The position numbers and the translations under genes were made by a program. Positions 9,367 through 19,197 of a stretch of DNA of 64,000 nt are shown here, one piece after another (positions within the stretch are counted from its first letter, which is position 1; each line of letters begins with the position of its first letter). Below the pieces are notes generated by a model. It searched no databases. It had not been told where the DNA came from and worked only from the letters and a program-made list of their open reading frames with translations. The DNA is taken from the IMG/VR virus record IMGVR_UViG_3300023109_003600, positions 32,001-96,000 of that record; one strand, 5' to 3'. The DNA comes from a virus.

Positions 9367-10185
9367 ATGGAATTAGATTTCTCACAACAGATTAAATATA
9401 TGGAATGTTACGCCTGCGAAACCGAGGGTTCAGAGGAAGTAATAACCATGGAGGCGTGGGCAGAAGAAAAAAACAAAGGTAAGTCACTAAATAAACCTTT
9501 TAGAACTTCTGGGGGACCAAAAAAGTTTTCGGTTTACGTTAAAAACGAAAAAGGTAACGTAGTCAAGGTAAACTTCGGAGACCCTAATATGTCTATAAAG
9601 CGAGACAATCCAGCAAGAAAAAAATCCTTTAGAGCTAGGCATAATTGCAGCAATCCTGGGCCAAAATGGAAGGCTAGATATTGGAGCTGCAGGATGTGGT
9701 CAGGAAAAAGCGTTAACAAGATTACAAAAGGTTCCGACATGACGGATGATGAAGTTATTACGTTCTTAGATGAATCAGAAGCAGAACTCTCAGAAAAGCA
9801 AAAAAAATTGCCACCCGCAATACAAAAAAAGATCCTAAAAAACCAAGGCAAAAACAAAAAACCCGACAACAAGAAAGAGTCAGGTAAAAAATCTGAAGAA
9901 AAAAAAGAAGAATCAGAAGCTAAGCGCGGACTATGGGATAATATAAGAGATAAGAAAAAAAGAATGGGTAAAAAATATAAAGCAGCAAAACCAGGAGATA
10001 AAGACAGGCCAGATTCTAAATCCTGGAAAAAAGCTCAAGAGAAAAAAGAAGAATCAAAAGCGGAAGAAGGATTCAAAGAGTGTAAAATGTATAATAAAGA
10101 GGGAAAAGCTTATACAGCCAAGACAAAGGCTGAGCACGATAAGATGAAAAAAATGGGGTATACAAAATCTAAACAATATAAATAA
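9367..10185 (+). CDS. Modular Lys-rich phage protein (possible internal head polyprotein)
   Basis: Contains LNKPFRT.GGPKKFSVYVKN...FGDPNM...SFRARHNC...RYWSC and GLWDNI modules typical of large-phage hypothetical proteins. Confidence 0.75.
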   Translation: MELDFSQQIKYMECYACETEGSEEVITMEAWAEEKNKGKSLNKPFRTSGGPKKFSVYVKNEKGNVVKVNFGDPNMSIKRDNPARKKSFRARHNCSNPGPKWKARYWSCRMWSGKSVNKITKGSDMTDDEVITFLDESEAELSEKQKKLPPAIQKKILKNQGKNKKPDNKKESGKKSEEKKEESEAKRGLWDNIRDKKKRMGKKYKAAKPGDKDRPDSKSWKKAQEKKEESKAEEGFKECKMYNKEGKAYTAKTKAEHDKMKKMGYTKSKQYK

Positions 10186-10210
10186 CATTTAACAATAAAC
10201 CATAAAAACT

Positions 10211-10639
10211 ATGCCAAGTATTTACGATATTACAGGACTATTTCCAGGGCCAAACGGAGTTGGAACTACAGAAATCAATTCTCACCCAGCAACATTTATT
10301 AGTGGCTCAAGTAGTATTACTTTAGGCTCTAACGAATCAGGAATTTATATTCCTTTAGCAAATTTCACACATTCCCCAGAAGCCCTAAATCCATTAGAAG
10401 ATAATTATGATGTCAGATACTTGATATGGAATCTAGTAGAGCGATGCTCTGACTATATCGGATTCGAACAGCCAGAATTTAGATCTATTTCGGTAGCAGA
10501 GACAAATTTATTTACATTTCAAGGAGTAGCTGGAGATTTAAGAAGAAAAGATTATACAGTATCTTTATGGTTTAGACCCTTACAACAACTAGAATTAGAG
10601 CAAAATCTCGAATGGGATATTGGAAAAACCTACGAGTAA
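10211..10639 (+). CDS. Hypothetical protein, paralog of 30758..31144
   Basis: Shared GIY/FI/LPL, D.R...W..E and RR..YT.S motifs. Confidence 0.7.
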   Translation: MPSIYDITGLFPGPNGVGTTEINSHPATFISGSSSITLGSNESGIYIPLANFTHSPEALNPLEDNYDVRYLIWNLVERCSDYIGFEQPEFRSISVAETNLFTFQGVAGDLRRKDYTVSLWFRPLQQLELEQNLEWDIGKTYE

Positions 10640-10961
10640 AATTGCCAAGTTGATTATAGATGCTTACCTAAGTGAGCCCCCTAGCAAAATCTATTGCTTT
10701 AGAGACTTAACATTGTATGCAAAATGCTTTGTATTTGAAAGTGTTCTATTAAAATGCAACAAAGGAACAAGAACTTTTTATAGAGACTGGTTGAAAAACT
10801 ATGGAGCATATGATTTCATAGACGATCTAATTTTATTAGAAGAAAAGGAATACGGATTTACGATAGGCAATCAAGGATGCAATATTAATACGAAAAGTAT
10901 AGACTATAATAATTTATCGTGCTTAATTTCTTCAATCAAGAATTGTAAAAATAAATTTTAA
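10620..10961 (+). CDS. Hypothetical protein (start uncertain)
   Basis: ORF fills the gap between neighbours on the coding strand. Confidence 0.55.
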   Translation: MEKPTSKIAKLIIDAYLSEPPSKIYCFRDLTLYAKCFVFESVLLKCNKGTRTFYRDWLKNYGAYDFIDDLILLEEKEYGFTIGNQGCNINTKSIDYNNLSCLISSIKNCKNKF

Positions 10962-10975
10962 CACATATAATATAT

Positions 10976-13426
10976 GTGAACCATACAAAACAATTAGCTG
11001 TATTCGATCCCTGTACCGACTTTGAACATAAGAATGGAGATTTGCACAAGCTCCTAGAAAGCTACTTATCAATAGTTCCCTCTCAAGATTTTAAATTTGA
11101 CTGGTTTTTCTGTTTCAACAAGGGTCCAATTGAAAATTATGAAGATTTATTAATTTATGAATCTCACCCAAATATAAATAAAATTTACTTAATTGATGAA
11201 AAAATACCCGAAGAGGAAGATGTATATATACGTCAACACTTAATTAAATTTGAAAAAGGTTCAATAAAATATAAAGAATCAGAAAAACCAGAAAACCTAC
11301 CTATACTCGGAGGTGCTTCTGGGCCAAATTTAGGTTTCTACAGAGCAATAGATTTAATCTTTAACAATCATGATCACGAGTTCTTTTTTATGGTTGAGCA
11401 CGACAGTCATCCAATAAAAAAACATTGGTTTGACTACATGATTGAATACATTAATAAAGAAAAATTTTTAATAGCTGGAAGTAAATATAAAGGGCACCAG
11501 CCATGGCACTACGTATTAAATTACAAAGACCACCTAAATGGAATTGCAATTTATAAAAACGATAAAATGCTAATAGACTTCGTTAAAGAGTGCGAGAATT
11601 ATAACGAAAGATCAATAGATGAAAAAAATTGGTGCATAAATTTTGACATACTTTTGAGCGAATTTTCTAAAACAAACCAAGGAAAGAACATTATTAAACA
11701 TGATTCTCCTTTTTTGAATACTGATTTCATTACAAACATTAGTGACCCAAATGATTACCACATATCCCACGAAGACCTATTGAGGCATCATCCCAACACA
11801 ATTATAATTCATCAAAAAGAATATAAAGAACTAGAGTCATTCAGAGAAAGGTACCAAGCTGGAGAATTTAATTATCTTACTGATAAAAAAAGAATGGACA
11901 AATCTTGTATGTTCCTATTAAGACAACCAAGAACTGCAGGAAATTGGCTCATTAAATCTATTACATCAACACTATCAATAGAAAACAACCCAATAAACCT
12001 TGAGTACCCTATACCTTACTGCTTAAAAATAAAACTCCCTCAAGAAGAAGAAGGATCTTTTATAACTTGCGACTTTTTCTTTTTGTCTAAAAAATTAATT
12101 AAAAACTTTAAGAGAGGGTTTAAAAAAACAAAAGCAACCATAGAAGCAAAAGATTTTAAAACTGTATATAAAGATATTAAGCATTTCATCAGGCCAATAT
12201 TGATTAGTAACGACCCATTTGACTACAATAGTAACGCAAGATCAATCTTAAGTTACTTTAATGATTTTGATTACAACTTAGATTGCTATACTGTTTTAAG
12301 GAATCCATTCGACAAGACAAAATCTCTATATACAGAAAACTTAAAATCTGGAACGAATTCAAAAGATTCATTTATAGATTTCTTAAACTCCAACAAGATT
12401 CCAGACAGTTTCATAATTCGCTCTCTAACAAACCTAAAGCTATCAGAAGAGGTGGAGTTTTTTCACTATGAAGAAGCTTTACAAATCTTGAAACAGTTTG
12501 ATGTTTTCGACTTATCTCAAGCAAACGATATGTTGATACATAGTTTTAATAAAACCTTTAATTTAGATTACGAAACAAGAGACTTTCATATAGATAATTC
12601 TTACGCATTAAACTCTCAGCATTTAGTTACGCTACAAGAGGAAGATTTAAAAAATTACAAATACAAATTAAACAATTCGATCAATATGTTAGAATTCATT
12701 AAAGGAAGAACCTTCTTTGACCAATTAACTTATGATAGTTTAATAAAACAAACAGAAGATATAAGCTTTTTTTATAAAAACAAGTCGGTTAAAAACAATT
12801 TGTTTGATTTTGAACTTGCAAAAAGAGACCTAACTATTGCAACATTTATTCCTGCTCACAATCAAAGCAAAAAGCTTTTAGATGATTGGCGGACTTCTTG
12901 GCTGGCAAAAGGATTCAAAATATCAATAGGTTCGGAAGAAGAAATAAAGAATTCACAACTTTTATCAACTATTAAACATAATTTTCTCGAAGAGCTTTGT
13001 GCTGGCAGGGAAATCTTAGGCGAAGAACTAGAATCATTCAAAAAGCTTGTATTTATTGCAGAGCTAAACACCAAAGAACCTTTATATTTTTCAGATATTT
13101 ACCTTCTCAATAAATCCTTTGAACTGTGGGAGCCAGATTCTATTTTTCACCTAATGAATAAATCTTTATTTTCTTTTTTTAGCTCAAACTCTAGCCAAGC
13201 TCGAAATCTTATAGAGCTTTTATTAACTAAGAAGCATAAAATAAAAAATCTAACAGCATCAAATAAAAATTTTATGTTTACATTAAGCAACGTATGCAAT
13301 ATTTTAATTGACGACTTAAGAATTACAAGTTGGATAAGAACTACAGACCTTGATACCTTAAATCTTAATTTTATAAACGATGTAAGATCGACCCTCAATC
13401 AAGCGGACCACCAAATTGATAATTAA
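10976..13426 (+). CDS. Multidomain glycosyltransferase-like / sulfotransferase-like protein
   Basis: N-terminal domain paralogous to 15768 ORF (SGPN, EHD, IAGSKYKG, HLNGIAIY); middle PRTAGN and LRNPFD sulfotransferase motifs. Confidence 0.65.
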   Translation: MNHTKQLAVFDPCTDFEHKNGDLHKLLESYLSIVPSQDFKFDWFFCFNKGPIENYEDLLIYESHPNINKIYLIDEKIPEEEDVYIRQHLIKFEKGSIKYKESEKPENLPILGGASGPNLGFYRAIDLIFNNHDHEFFFMVEHDSHPIKKHWFDYMIEYINKEKFLIAGSKYKGHQPWHYVLNYKDHLNGIAIYKNDKMLIDFVKECENYNERSIDEKNWCINFDILLSEFSKTNQGKNIIKHDSPFLNTDFITNISDPNDYHISHEDLLRHHPNTIIIHQKEYKELESFRERYQAGEFNYLTDKKRMDKSCMFLLRQPRTAGNWLIKSITSTLSIENNPINLEYPIPYCLKIKLPQEEEGSFITCDFFFLSKKLIKNFKRGFKKTKATIEAKDFKTVYKDIKHFIRPILISNDPFDYNSNARSILSYFNDFDYNLDCYTVLRNPFDKTKSLYTENLKSGTNSKDSFIDFLNSNKIPDSFIIRSLTNLKLSEEVEFFHYEEALQILKQFDVFDLSQANDMLIHSFNKTFNLDYETRDFHIDNSYALNSQHLVTLQEEDLKNYKYKLNNSINMLEFIKGRTFFDQLTYDSLIKQTEDISFFYKNKSVKNNLFDFELAKRDLTIATFIPAHNQSKKLLDDWRTSWLAKGFKISIGSEEEIKNSQLLSTIKHNFLEELCAGREILGEELESFKKLVFIAELNTKEPLYFSDIYLLNKSFELWEPDSIFHLMNKSLFSFFSSNSSQARNLIELLLTKKHKIKNLTASNKNFMFTLSNVCNILIDDLRITSWIRTTDLDTLNLNFINDVRSTLNQADHQIDN

Positions 13427-14099
13427 ACATACGAATGTCTTGCTGGAATTTATCTTCTACAATTTCCTTAGTCTGCTTATCGTAATATAACCAATAAGGT
13501 TTCAATATCTTTTGTTTTATTTTTTGAGTTTGATTAACTGTAGGTATTTTATAATCCTGATCAATTTCAAGTATACGAAAAACCTTTTTAAGATCTTCTT
13601 CAAAATTTTCAAACCGACCAAGAAAATCTACAGATATTTTTTTTTGGGAGTTGCAGACAAACTGCCATTGAGGGGCAACATGATTCCTCCAACTGCACTT
13701 GAAATTTTTCAATATATACTCGTTAAAAGTTCTAGGAATTCTTCTTATATTTCCCCTACAACCGCAGCCACTATTTTTTTTAACATATAGATATTCACTA
13801 ACCATTCTATCCCACGGATTTCTCACGAATGCGAATTTAAAGTAAGAGCTTAAGTCAGCAATATTTCTATAGGAAGCGATCTCATTAAGGGTAAAATGCT
13901 GAGTCCATTTTTTGTCAAGGCTGTGAATTTTTTCTCTTTCTTTTTTTAAATCAAAGTTCTCATCATTAAAATCTTCAAAATAATTACCCAGCAATACATT
14001 TTCTACAGAACCTCCCCCTGTCTTAGGAACATGAATAAAAATTACATTTTTTTTGTTTAAATTATTGAGTATCACTTTGAAAATATTTGCCCAAGTCAT
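13395..14099 (-). CDS. Sulfotransferase family 2 protein
   Basis: FIHVPKTGGGS, FVRNPWDRMVSEY, GRFENFEED. Confidence 0.9.
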   Translation of the reverse strand: MTWANIFKVILNNLNKKNVIFIHVPKTGGGSVENVLLGNYFEDFNDENFDLKKEREKIHSLDKKWTQHFTLNEIASYRNIADLSSYFKFAFVRNPWDRMVSEYLYVKKNSGCGCRGNIRRIPRTFNEYILKNFKCSWRNHVAPQWQFVCNSQKKISVDFLGRFENFEEDLKKVFRILEIDQDYKIPTVNQTQKIKQKILKPYWLYYDKQTKEIVEDKFQQDIRMFNYQFGGPLD

Positions 14100-14110
14100 A
14101 TTATAGCATA

Positions 14111-15784
14111 ATGATTAAAAATCTAATTACAGTGGTTTGCGCAACAAGCCCTCATAGATTTAATGAAAATAATTCTATGATTTTATTTAATTACTCTGTA
14201 ATAAAAACGTCTCAATTCAAAGACTGCAGGTTCATTATATGTGCAGATGGAATTAACCCTAAATCAGACTTCAATTTAGACCATAAAAAGTCTTGGTACT
14301 ATGAGTACCTAGATTCCCTGGACGATGATCTACCAGAAGCAGAGATAATAAAATCAGATAATCATATAGGTCTAACAAAAAACTATCTACAAGCGTGGGA
14401 TAACAAAAAGGTTACGACACCATTTGTTCTATTAATCAATCATGATACTGTTTTTACAGATAAAATATTAAATATAAATATCCTAGATTTGCTTAAAAAT
14501 TTCCCAAACTTCGTAAACATTTTAATGTTTCCAAGGTTAACTAAAGACGATATGAATACTGAATGGTGGAGAAACATACCAATTCAGAGCCACAAAGATT
14601 ATAAAAGCGGTAGCTCTTGGGACGAATGTAGAATTTCTTTTGGGAATCAAGATAATTGCTGTATCACTAAAACTGATAAGTTTCAAAGTTTAGTTAATGA
14701 TTTCTATCAGCCAGAAATTACTCACTTCCTGGAAGACTCCATTCAGGCTGAATTGTTAAAAATTTCAGAGAACGATATTAAGTCTTGGGAAAAATTTGGA
14801 GGTTGTATCTTTCCCTGTAGAAACAATATTCATCTAGATGGACAAAGCAAAGCTGGCCCATGGAGACAAGAAAATTGTAGAGGAGGAGAAAATGTTTGGT
14901 CTGACGGAAAATTCAGACAACAAGACGAAAAACTTTTTCAAGACTTATTTAAAATAAACAAAAACCTACAATCAATATATCACAGTTTTTTAAAAAATTT
15001 ATTGCAAGATTATAAAGAAAAATGCATGGAAGAATTCAGAGGTTTAATCTCTACGGCTTCTCACATATTAGACCTTAGAAACTTTTTATACAAAGACTTG
15101 TCTGTAAACGAGCATGCGAACGCCTCAAGAGGGCTATTGCCATTACAGGAATCCGAATTACTATTTCATTTAAAAACTCAACCATTTAAGTCTGAGATTT
15201 TCTGGGAAGATAATAGAGAAGGTAAAGTGGATAACTCAAATCTCATATTAAAAATCACAGCAAACCCCAACACTAAAGAAGAAAGAATAATTCAAAATGG
15301 GGGGCACCCAAAAGGTTCTTGCGAGATTAATATGGAAAACCTAGGTATACAACCAACAGATTTATTAAAAATTAACATCCTTGAATTCTCTGGAAGAAAC
15401 CCAACCCAATCACCTGACATATTTGAAAATGAATTTAATCTGTCTTTTTGCGAGTTTACTAAAGATAAAATATTATTATCTGCAGGAGCATTAGAGAAAG
15501 AAAATGAGGAGGTAACACTAAATGTTAAAAAAAATAACGGATCAAACATTAACTATGAAAAAGTTAACGGAATTTACGAGATTAAATTATCAGAACTCAA
15601 AGATTGTTCAAGTATTATAGGGTTCTTTTGCACAAAAGACGCAAATGAAAATTATAAAACATCTTGGACTTTTGAGTGCGAGCCTTTTTCAGGAAACCCA
15701 AAATATTTAAACAACCTAAGGAATGCATACGATTCTTTTGTAAATTATTCCTTCGAAGATATTAAAGATGAATCATCAAAATAA
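14111..15784 (+). CDS. Glycosyltransferase-like protein with C-terminal extension
   Basis: IICADG, HIGLT, TPFVLLINHD and HLDG GT-A-like motifs. Confidence 0.55.
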   Translation: MIKNLITVVCATSPHRFNENNSMILFNYSVIKTSQFKDCRFIICADGINPKSDFNLDHKKSWYYEYLDSLDDDLPEAEIIKSDNHIGLTKNYLQAWDNKKVTTPFVLLINHDTVFTDKILNINILDLLKNFPNFVNILMFPRLTKDDMNTEWWRNIPIQSHKDYKSGSSWDECRISFGNQDNCCITKTDKFQSLVNDFYQPEITHFLEDSIQAELLKISENDIKSWEKFGGCIFPCRNNIHLDGQSKAGPWRQENCRGGENVWSDGKFRQQDEKLFQDLFKINKNLQSIYHSFLKNLLQDYKEKCMEEFRGLISTASHILDLRNFLYKDLSVNEHANASRGLLPLQESELLFHLKTQPFKSEIFWEDNREGKVDNSNLILKITANPNTKEERIIQNGGHPKGSCEINMENLGIQPTDLLKINILEFSGRNPTQSPDIFENEFNLSFCEFTKDKILLSAGALEKENEEVTLNVKKNNGSNINYEKVNGIYEIKLSELKDCSSIIGFFCTKDANENYKTSWTFECEPFSGNPKYLNNLRNAYDSFVNYSFEDIKDESSK

Positions 15785-16676
15785 CTTTGCGCTAGTTTAC
15801 TTAGTAACACACAAAGAATATACAAGTGGTCGTATATCAGAATCTATTCAAAAACTCTTCTTAGAAAAAAAACCTAGTAGAGATAGCAGTTTTACTATAT
15901 ATTTTATTTTTAATAATTTTTTTCATTTCGACACGTCTGAATTATCAGAGCTAGTACCAAAAGATATTTCTCACAAGATAAGGTTTCATTTTTTAAAAAT
16001 AGACAGCAAAGATGACGGATACTCCAGCAGGGGGAAATCAGAAGCGATTAGTAATTTAGGATTAAGCGCAGGACCTAACGCCTTATTTTTTGGAGCTGTA
16101 AATTTCATGAAGAAACTTCCACATGATTATTTTTTAATTCTAGAAACAGATGTTTTGCCACTTAAGAAATATTGGTTAGATGGATTGGTTTCATTCTCAA
16201 AATCGAATAACTTCTTAATAGCGGGCAGTACATACAAAGGTTTAAATCTTTATTGCTCAGAAACGAAGTGGGAACACATTAATGGAGTAGCAATATATCA
16301 AAACAATAAATTACTTCACAATCTAATAAAGTCTGTAAAAATTTATCTAATTAAAAAAATTGCAGAAAAAAGAATGCGAGCAAATAATATGGGAGAAAAG
16401 TCATGGAGTTTAGTCAATAAACCTAGCCAGGTTCAAGACTGGTTTAAAAAGCAAAATAATAATAAAAAAAGAAACTCTCTAATTATGAATTATGATGTAG
16501 CAATCTACAAGTATTGCAAAGAAATAGGTCCAGACCTCTTCTCGCTACAGAATACAAAAAACAAAATCATAGATACCGATCTAGTTTTAGATCTATCATT
16601 ATCAGTAGATAAAAAAACTTCTATCTCGGATGTCAAAAAAAGATTTCCTAAAGGTTTAATATGTCACAAAAAATAA
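15768..16676 (+). CDS. Glycosyltransferase-like protein (paralog of the 10976 N-terminal domain)
   Basis: SAGPN, LETD, IAGSTYKG, HINGVAIY, NYDV. Confidence 0.6.
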   Translation: MNHQNNFALVYLVTHKEYTSGRISESIQKLFLEKKPSRDSSFTIYFIFNNFFHFDTSELSELVPKDISHKIRFHFLKIDSKDDGYSSRGKSEAISNLGLSAGPNALFFGAVNFMKKLPHDYFLILETDVLPLKKYWLDGLVSFSKSNNFLIAGSTYKGLNLYCSETKWEHINGVAIYQNNKLLHNLIKSVKIYLIKKIAEKRMRANNMGEKSWSLVNKPSQVQDWFKKQNNNKKRNSLIMNYDVAIYKYCKEIGPDLFSLQNTKNKIIDTDLVLDLSLSVDKKTSISDVKKRFPKGLICHKK

Positions 16677-17557
16677 CAGCAACAAGAACAGACCAGTTAG
16701 GAATGCAAGTATATTCAAGAATATACGCAATGGCTTATTGTCAATTAAACAATCTAGACTACATACATACCCCACTGCCAAAAAAATATTCGCATTTTGA
16801 AGACTTTTTCAATTTAGGATTTGATAAACGCTCGCGAAAACAGGACGAAGAAGGAGTTTTAGATATAGGAGAATCGGTTATACCATCTTTTTTAGCAAGA
16901 AATTCTGGAGCCTTCCGATCTATAAAATTTGATAAAACCTTTTTGGCGAAATTAAGGTATAAATATTATATGGGAGAAAAAGAAAATTCGAAAAGCTTCT
17001 CTTCAACAAAGGGTATTAAGGCATGCATACATATACGAAAATGCGCAAAAGAAAGAAGTAAAAAAAACCCACATAAAAAACATTTAATAACTAAGTCTGG
17101 AATAACTGAAAGAGCTCAAGAGAAAGCTATGTGGGGCATCAGAGAACCTCCATCTGCTTTTATGCCTGCATGTTTTAGAAAGTTAAATAAAATTAAGGCA
17201 GATAGAATCAATGTAAATATCTATTCAAATGAAGAGCTTGACTTAGATTTTAGCGATGAACTATTTCAAGATCCAAAATTCCAAATATGTACTCATTATG
17301 ACACAAAAATTGAACACGTGATACACGATCTAATATCTTGTGATATTTTATTCAGATATGGAGTCTCTTCTTTTAGCGGGATTTGCAGTATATACAATAG
17401 AAACCTTTCTGTTTTTGCCTTACCTCCAGGAAAAAGATATTTATCAAATTCCTACATCAGTGACAATTGTTGCTACATGCAAGCTCCTATAAAATTTCAA
17501 GAGCTACCAACATTCGACGAGGTTGCTTTAGATAATTTTTTGTGTAATCAAGTTTAA
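16661..17557 (+). CDS. GT11/fucosyltransferase-like protein
   Basis: DQLGMQ, CIHIRK and SSFS motifs. Confidence 0.5.
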   Translation: MSQKITATRTDQLGMQVYSRIYAMAYCQLNNLDYIHTPLPKKYSHFEDFFNLGFDKRSRKQDEEGVLDIGESVIPSFLARNSGAFRSIKFDKTFLAKLRYKYYMGEKENSKSFSSTKGIKACIHIRKCAKERSKKNPHKKHLITKSGITERAQEKAMWGIREPPSAFMPACFRKLNKIKADRINVNIYSNEELDLDFSDELFQDPKFQICTHYDTKIEHVIHDLISCDILFRYGVSSFSGICSIYNRNLSVFALPPGKRYLSNSYISDNCCYMQAPIKFQELPTFDEVALDNFLCNQV

Positions 17558-17781
17558 TGCTAAACACGAAACAAAAAAACGCCATAGAAAATCTTTTAAT
17601 TATAGCAGATTATATAAAAGAACATTCTATTTATAGTGGAGAAATGAAAACAATCATTGATAAGTCGATAGAGCATGCAGAACAACTTATAGGTAGGCAG
17701 GTAAACCCAAAAGAAGAGAACGACTCTAAAGATTCTGTGGCAAAAATTATTTTAGACAAGTTTAATTCGGATAATCCTTGA
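17557..17781 (+). CDS. Hypothetical protein
   Basis: 74 aa ORF; GTGTA 10 nt upstream. Confidence 0.65.
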   Translation: MLNTKQKNAIENLLIIADYIKEHSIYSGEMKTIIDKSIEHAEQLIGRQVNPKEENDSKDSVAKIILDKFNSDNP

Positions 17782-17806
17782 CAAAATATGGGTCTCATGA
17801 TACGAT
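17778..17806 (+). promoter_or_regulatory. sigma70 promoter of the DNA polymerase cluster
   Basis: TTGACA-17-TACGAT. Confidence 0.7.
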
Positions 17807-17815
17807 ATGTATCAT

Positions 17816-18550
17816 ATGATTCCTTTATTTAAATCTCACTATAGTATTGGCAAAAGCATCCTTAGGCTAGGTGGAGGACAAGGTATATTCGACATAGCAA
17901 AAGATTTAAATTTAAAAAAAGTAGTGCTAGTAGAAGATAGCTTAACAGGATTCCTTGAAACCGCAAAAGTCAGCAAGGAGTATAAAATAGACTTTATATT
18001 TGGGTTAAGAATCTCCTTATGCGAATCAGATCTTTCGGCAGAAACAAATGATTGTCATAAAATTATAGTTTTTGCAAAAAACGGAGAAGGTTGCAAGCTA
18101 TTAAATAAGATCTACACAAAAGCTTTCTCTAATGGCAATCAAAGTATTTTAATCAAAGATCTAAAAAAACTATGGAATGAAAAATTATTAAAACTTTCAA
18201 TCCCTTTTTATGATTCTTTTATTTTTAACAATACATTATTATTTTCAAAATGCATGCCCTCTTTTGATTTTACAGAACCCACTTTTTTCTTAGAAGAAAA
18301 CGGATTACCATTTGATAACATCATCAAAGAAGAGGTTAAAGAATTTTGCAAAAAACAAAGCATGAAAATGGAAAACGCTAAAACAATTTACTACACAAAA
18401 AGAGAAGACTTCTCAGCTTTTCAAACTTATAAACTAATATGTAATAGGTCAGGATGGAGGGCAAAATCGACTTCGCTAGAGTGCCCGAACCTAGACCACT
18501 TCGGCAGCCAAGATTTCTGCGTAGAGAGCTTTGAACTTGCAACATTATAA
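17816..18550 (+). CDS. Stand-alone PHP domain of DNA polymerase III alpha
   Basis: PLFKSHYSIGKSIL, LVEDSLTGF, FIFGLR, FAKNGEG correspond to the DnaE N-terminal PHP domain. Confidence 0.8.
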   Translation: MIPLFKSHYSIGKSILRLGGGQGIFDIAKDLNLKKVVLVEDSLTGFLETAKVSKEYKIDFIFGLRISLCESDLSAETNDCHKIIVFAKNGEGCKLLNKIYTKAFSNGNQSILIKDLKKLWNEKLLKLSIPFYDSFIFNNTLLFSKCMPSFDFTEPTFFLEENGLPFDNIIKEEVKEFCKKQSMKMENAKTIYYTKREDFSAFQTYKLICNRSGWRAKSTSLECPNLDHFGSQDFCVESFELATL

Positions 18551-18555
18551 AAAAA

Positions 18556-19197
18556 ATGAACAATAACTTATTAAGATTCAACTCTCAACAAAAATATATT
18601 ATATTTGATTACGAAACCTGTAATTTAAATCTTGGTAGTACAGAAAATAAACCTTGGCAACTTTCATTTATCGTAGCTTCTAATAATAAAATTCACGAAA
18701 CTCATGATTACTATTTGCGCTGGGAAGACTTAAATATTTCTAAAGATGCTGCGAAGATTACTGGTTTCTCAAAATCAAAATACGACAAGCTTGCTGTATG
18801 CCCCAGAAAAGCTTTAGATCACTTTGAATCTTTCTTATATAATAAAAATTATATTCCAGTGGGCCACAACATATTAGGCTTTGATGTTTACATTCATAAT
18901 ATACATAGAAAACTCTTAAACAAGAAACCTGATTACAGCTATATCAATAGAGCTATAGATACAAATTGCCTAGCCAAGGGAATTGCTAAACAATTAACTA
19001 AGCCTCAAAGCAAAAGCACAATTGCTTGGCAGTATAGCTTAAATCAAATCATAGAAAGGGGGCTAAAAACAAGTTTGCAAATGTGTGCGAAAAAATACAA
19101 GATAGATTTTGACCCAACTAAGCTTCATGATGCACTGTATGATATTAAAATTAATCACCAAGTACTTAACAAACAGTTATGGGAGGTAGAAGTATGA
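18556..19197 (+). CDS. DEDDh 3'-5' exonuclease (DnaQ/epsilon-like)
   Basis: FDYETC, GHNILGFD, LHDALYD. Confidence 0.9.
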   Translation: MNNNLLRFNSQQKYIIFDYETCNLNLGSTENKPWQLSFIVASNNKIHETHDYYLRWEDLNISKDAAKITGFSKSKYDKLAVCPRKALDHFESFLYNKNYIPVGHNILGFDVYIHNIHRKLLNKKPDYSYINRAIDTNCLAKGIAKQLTKPQSKSTIAWQYSLNQIIERGLKTSLQMCAKKYKIDFDPTKLHDALYDIKINHQVLNKQLWEVEV

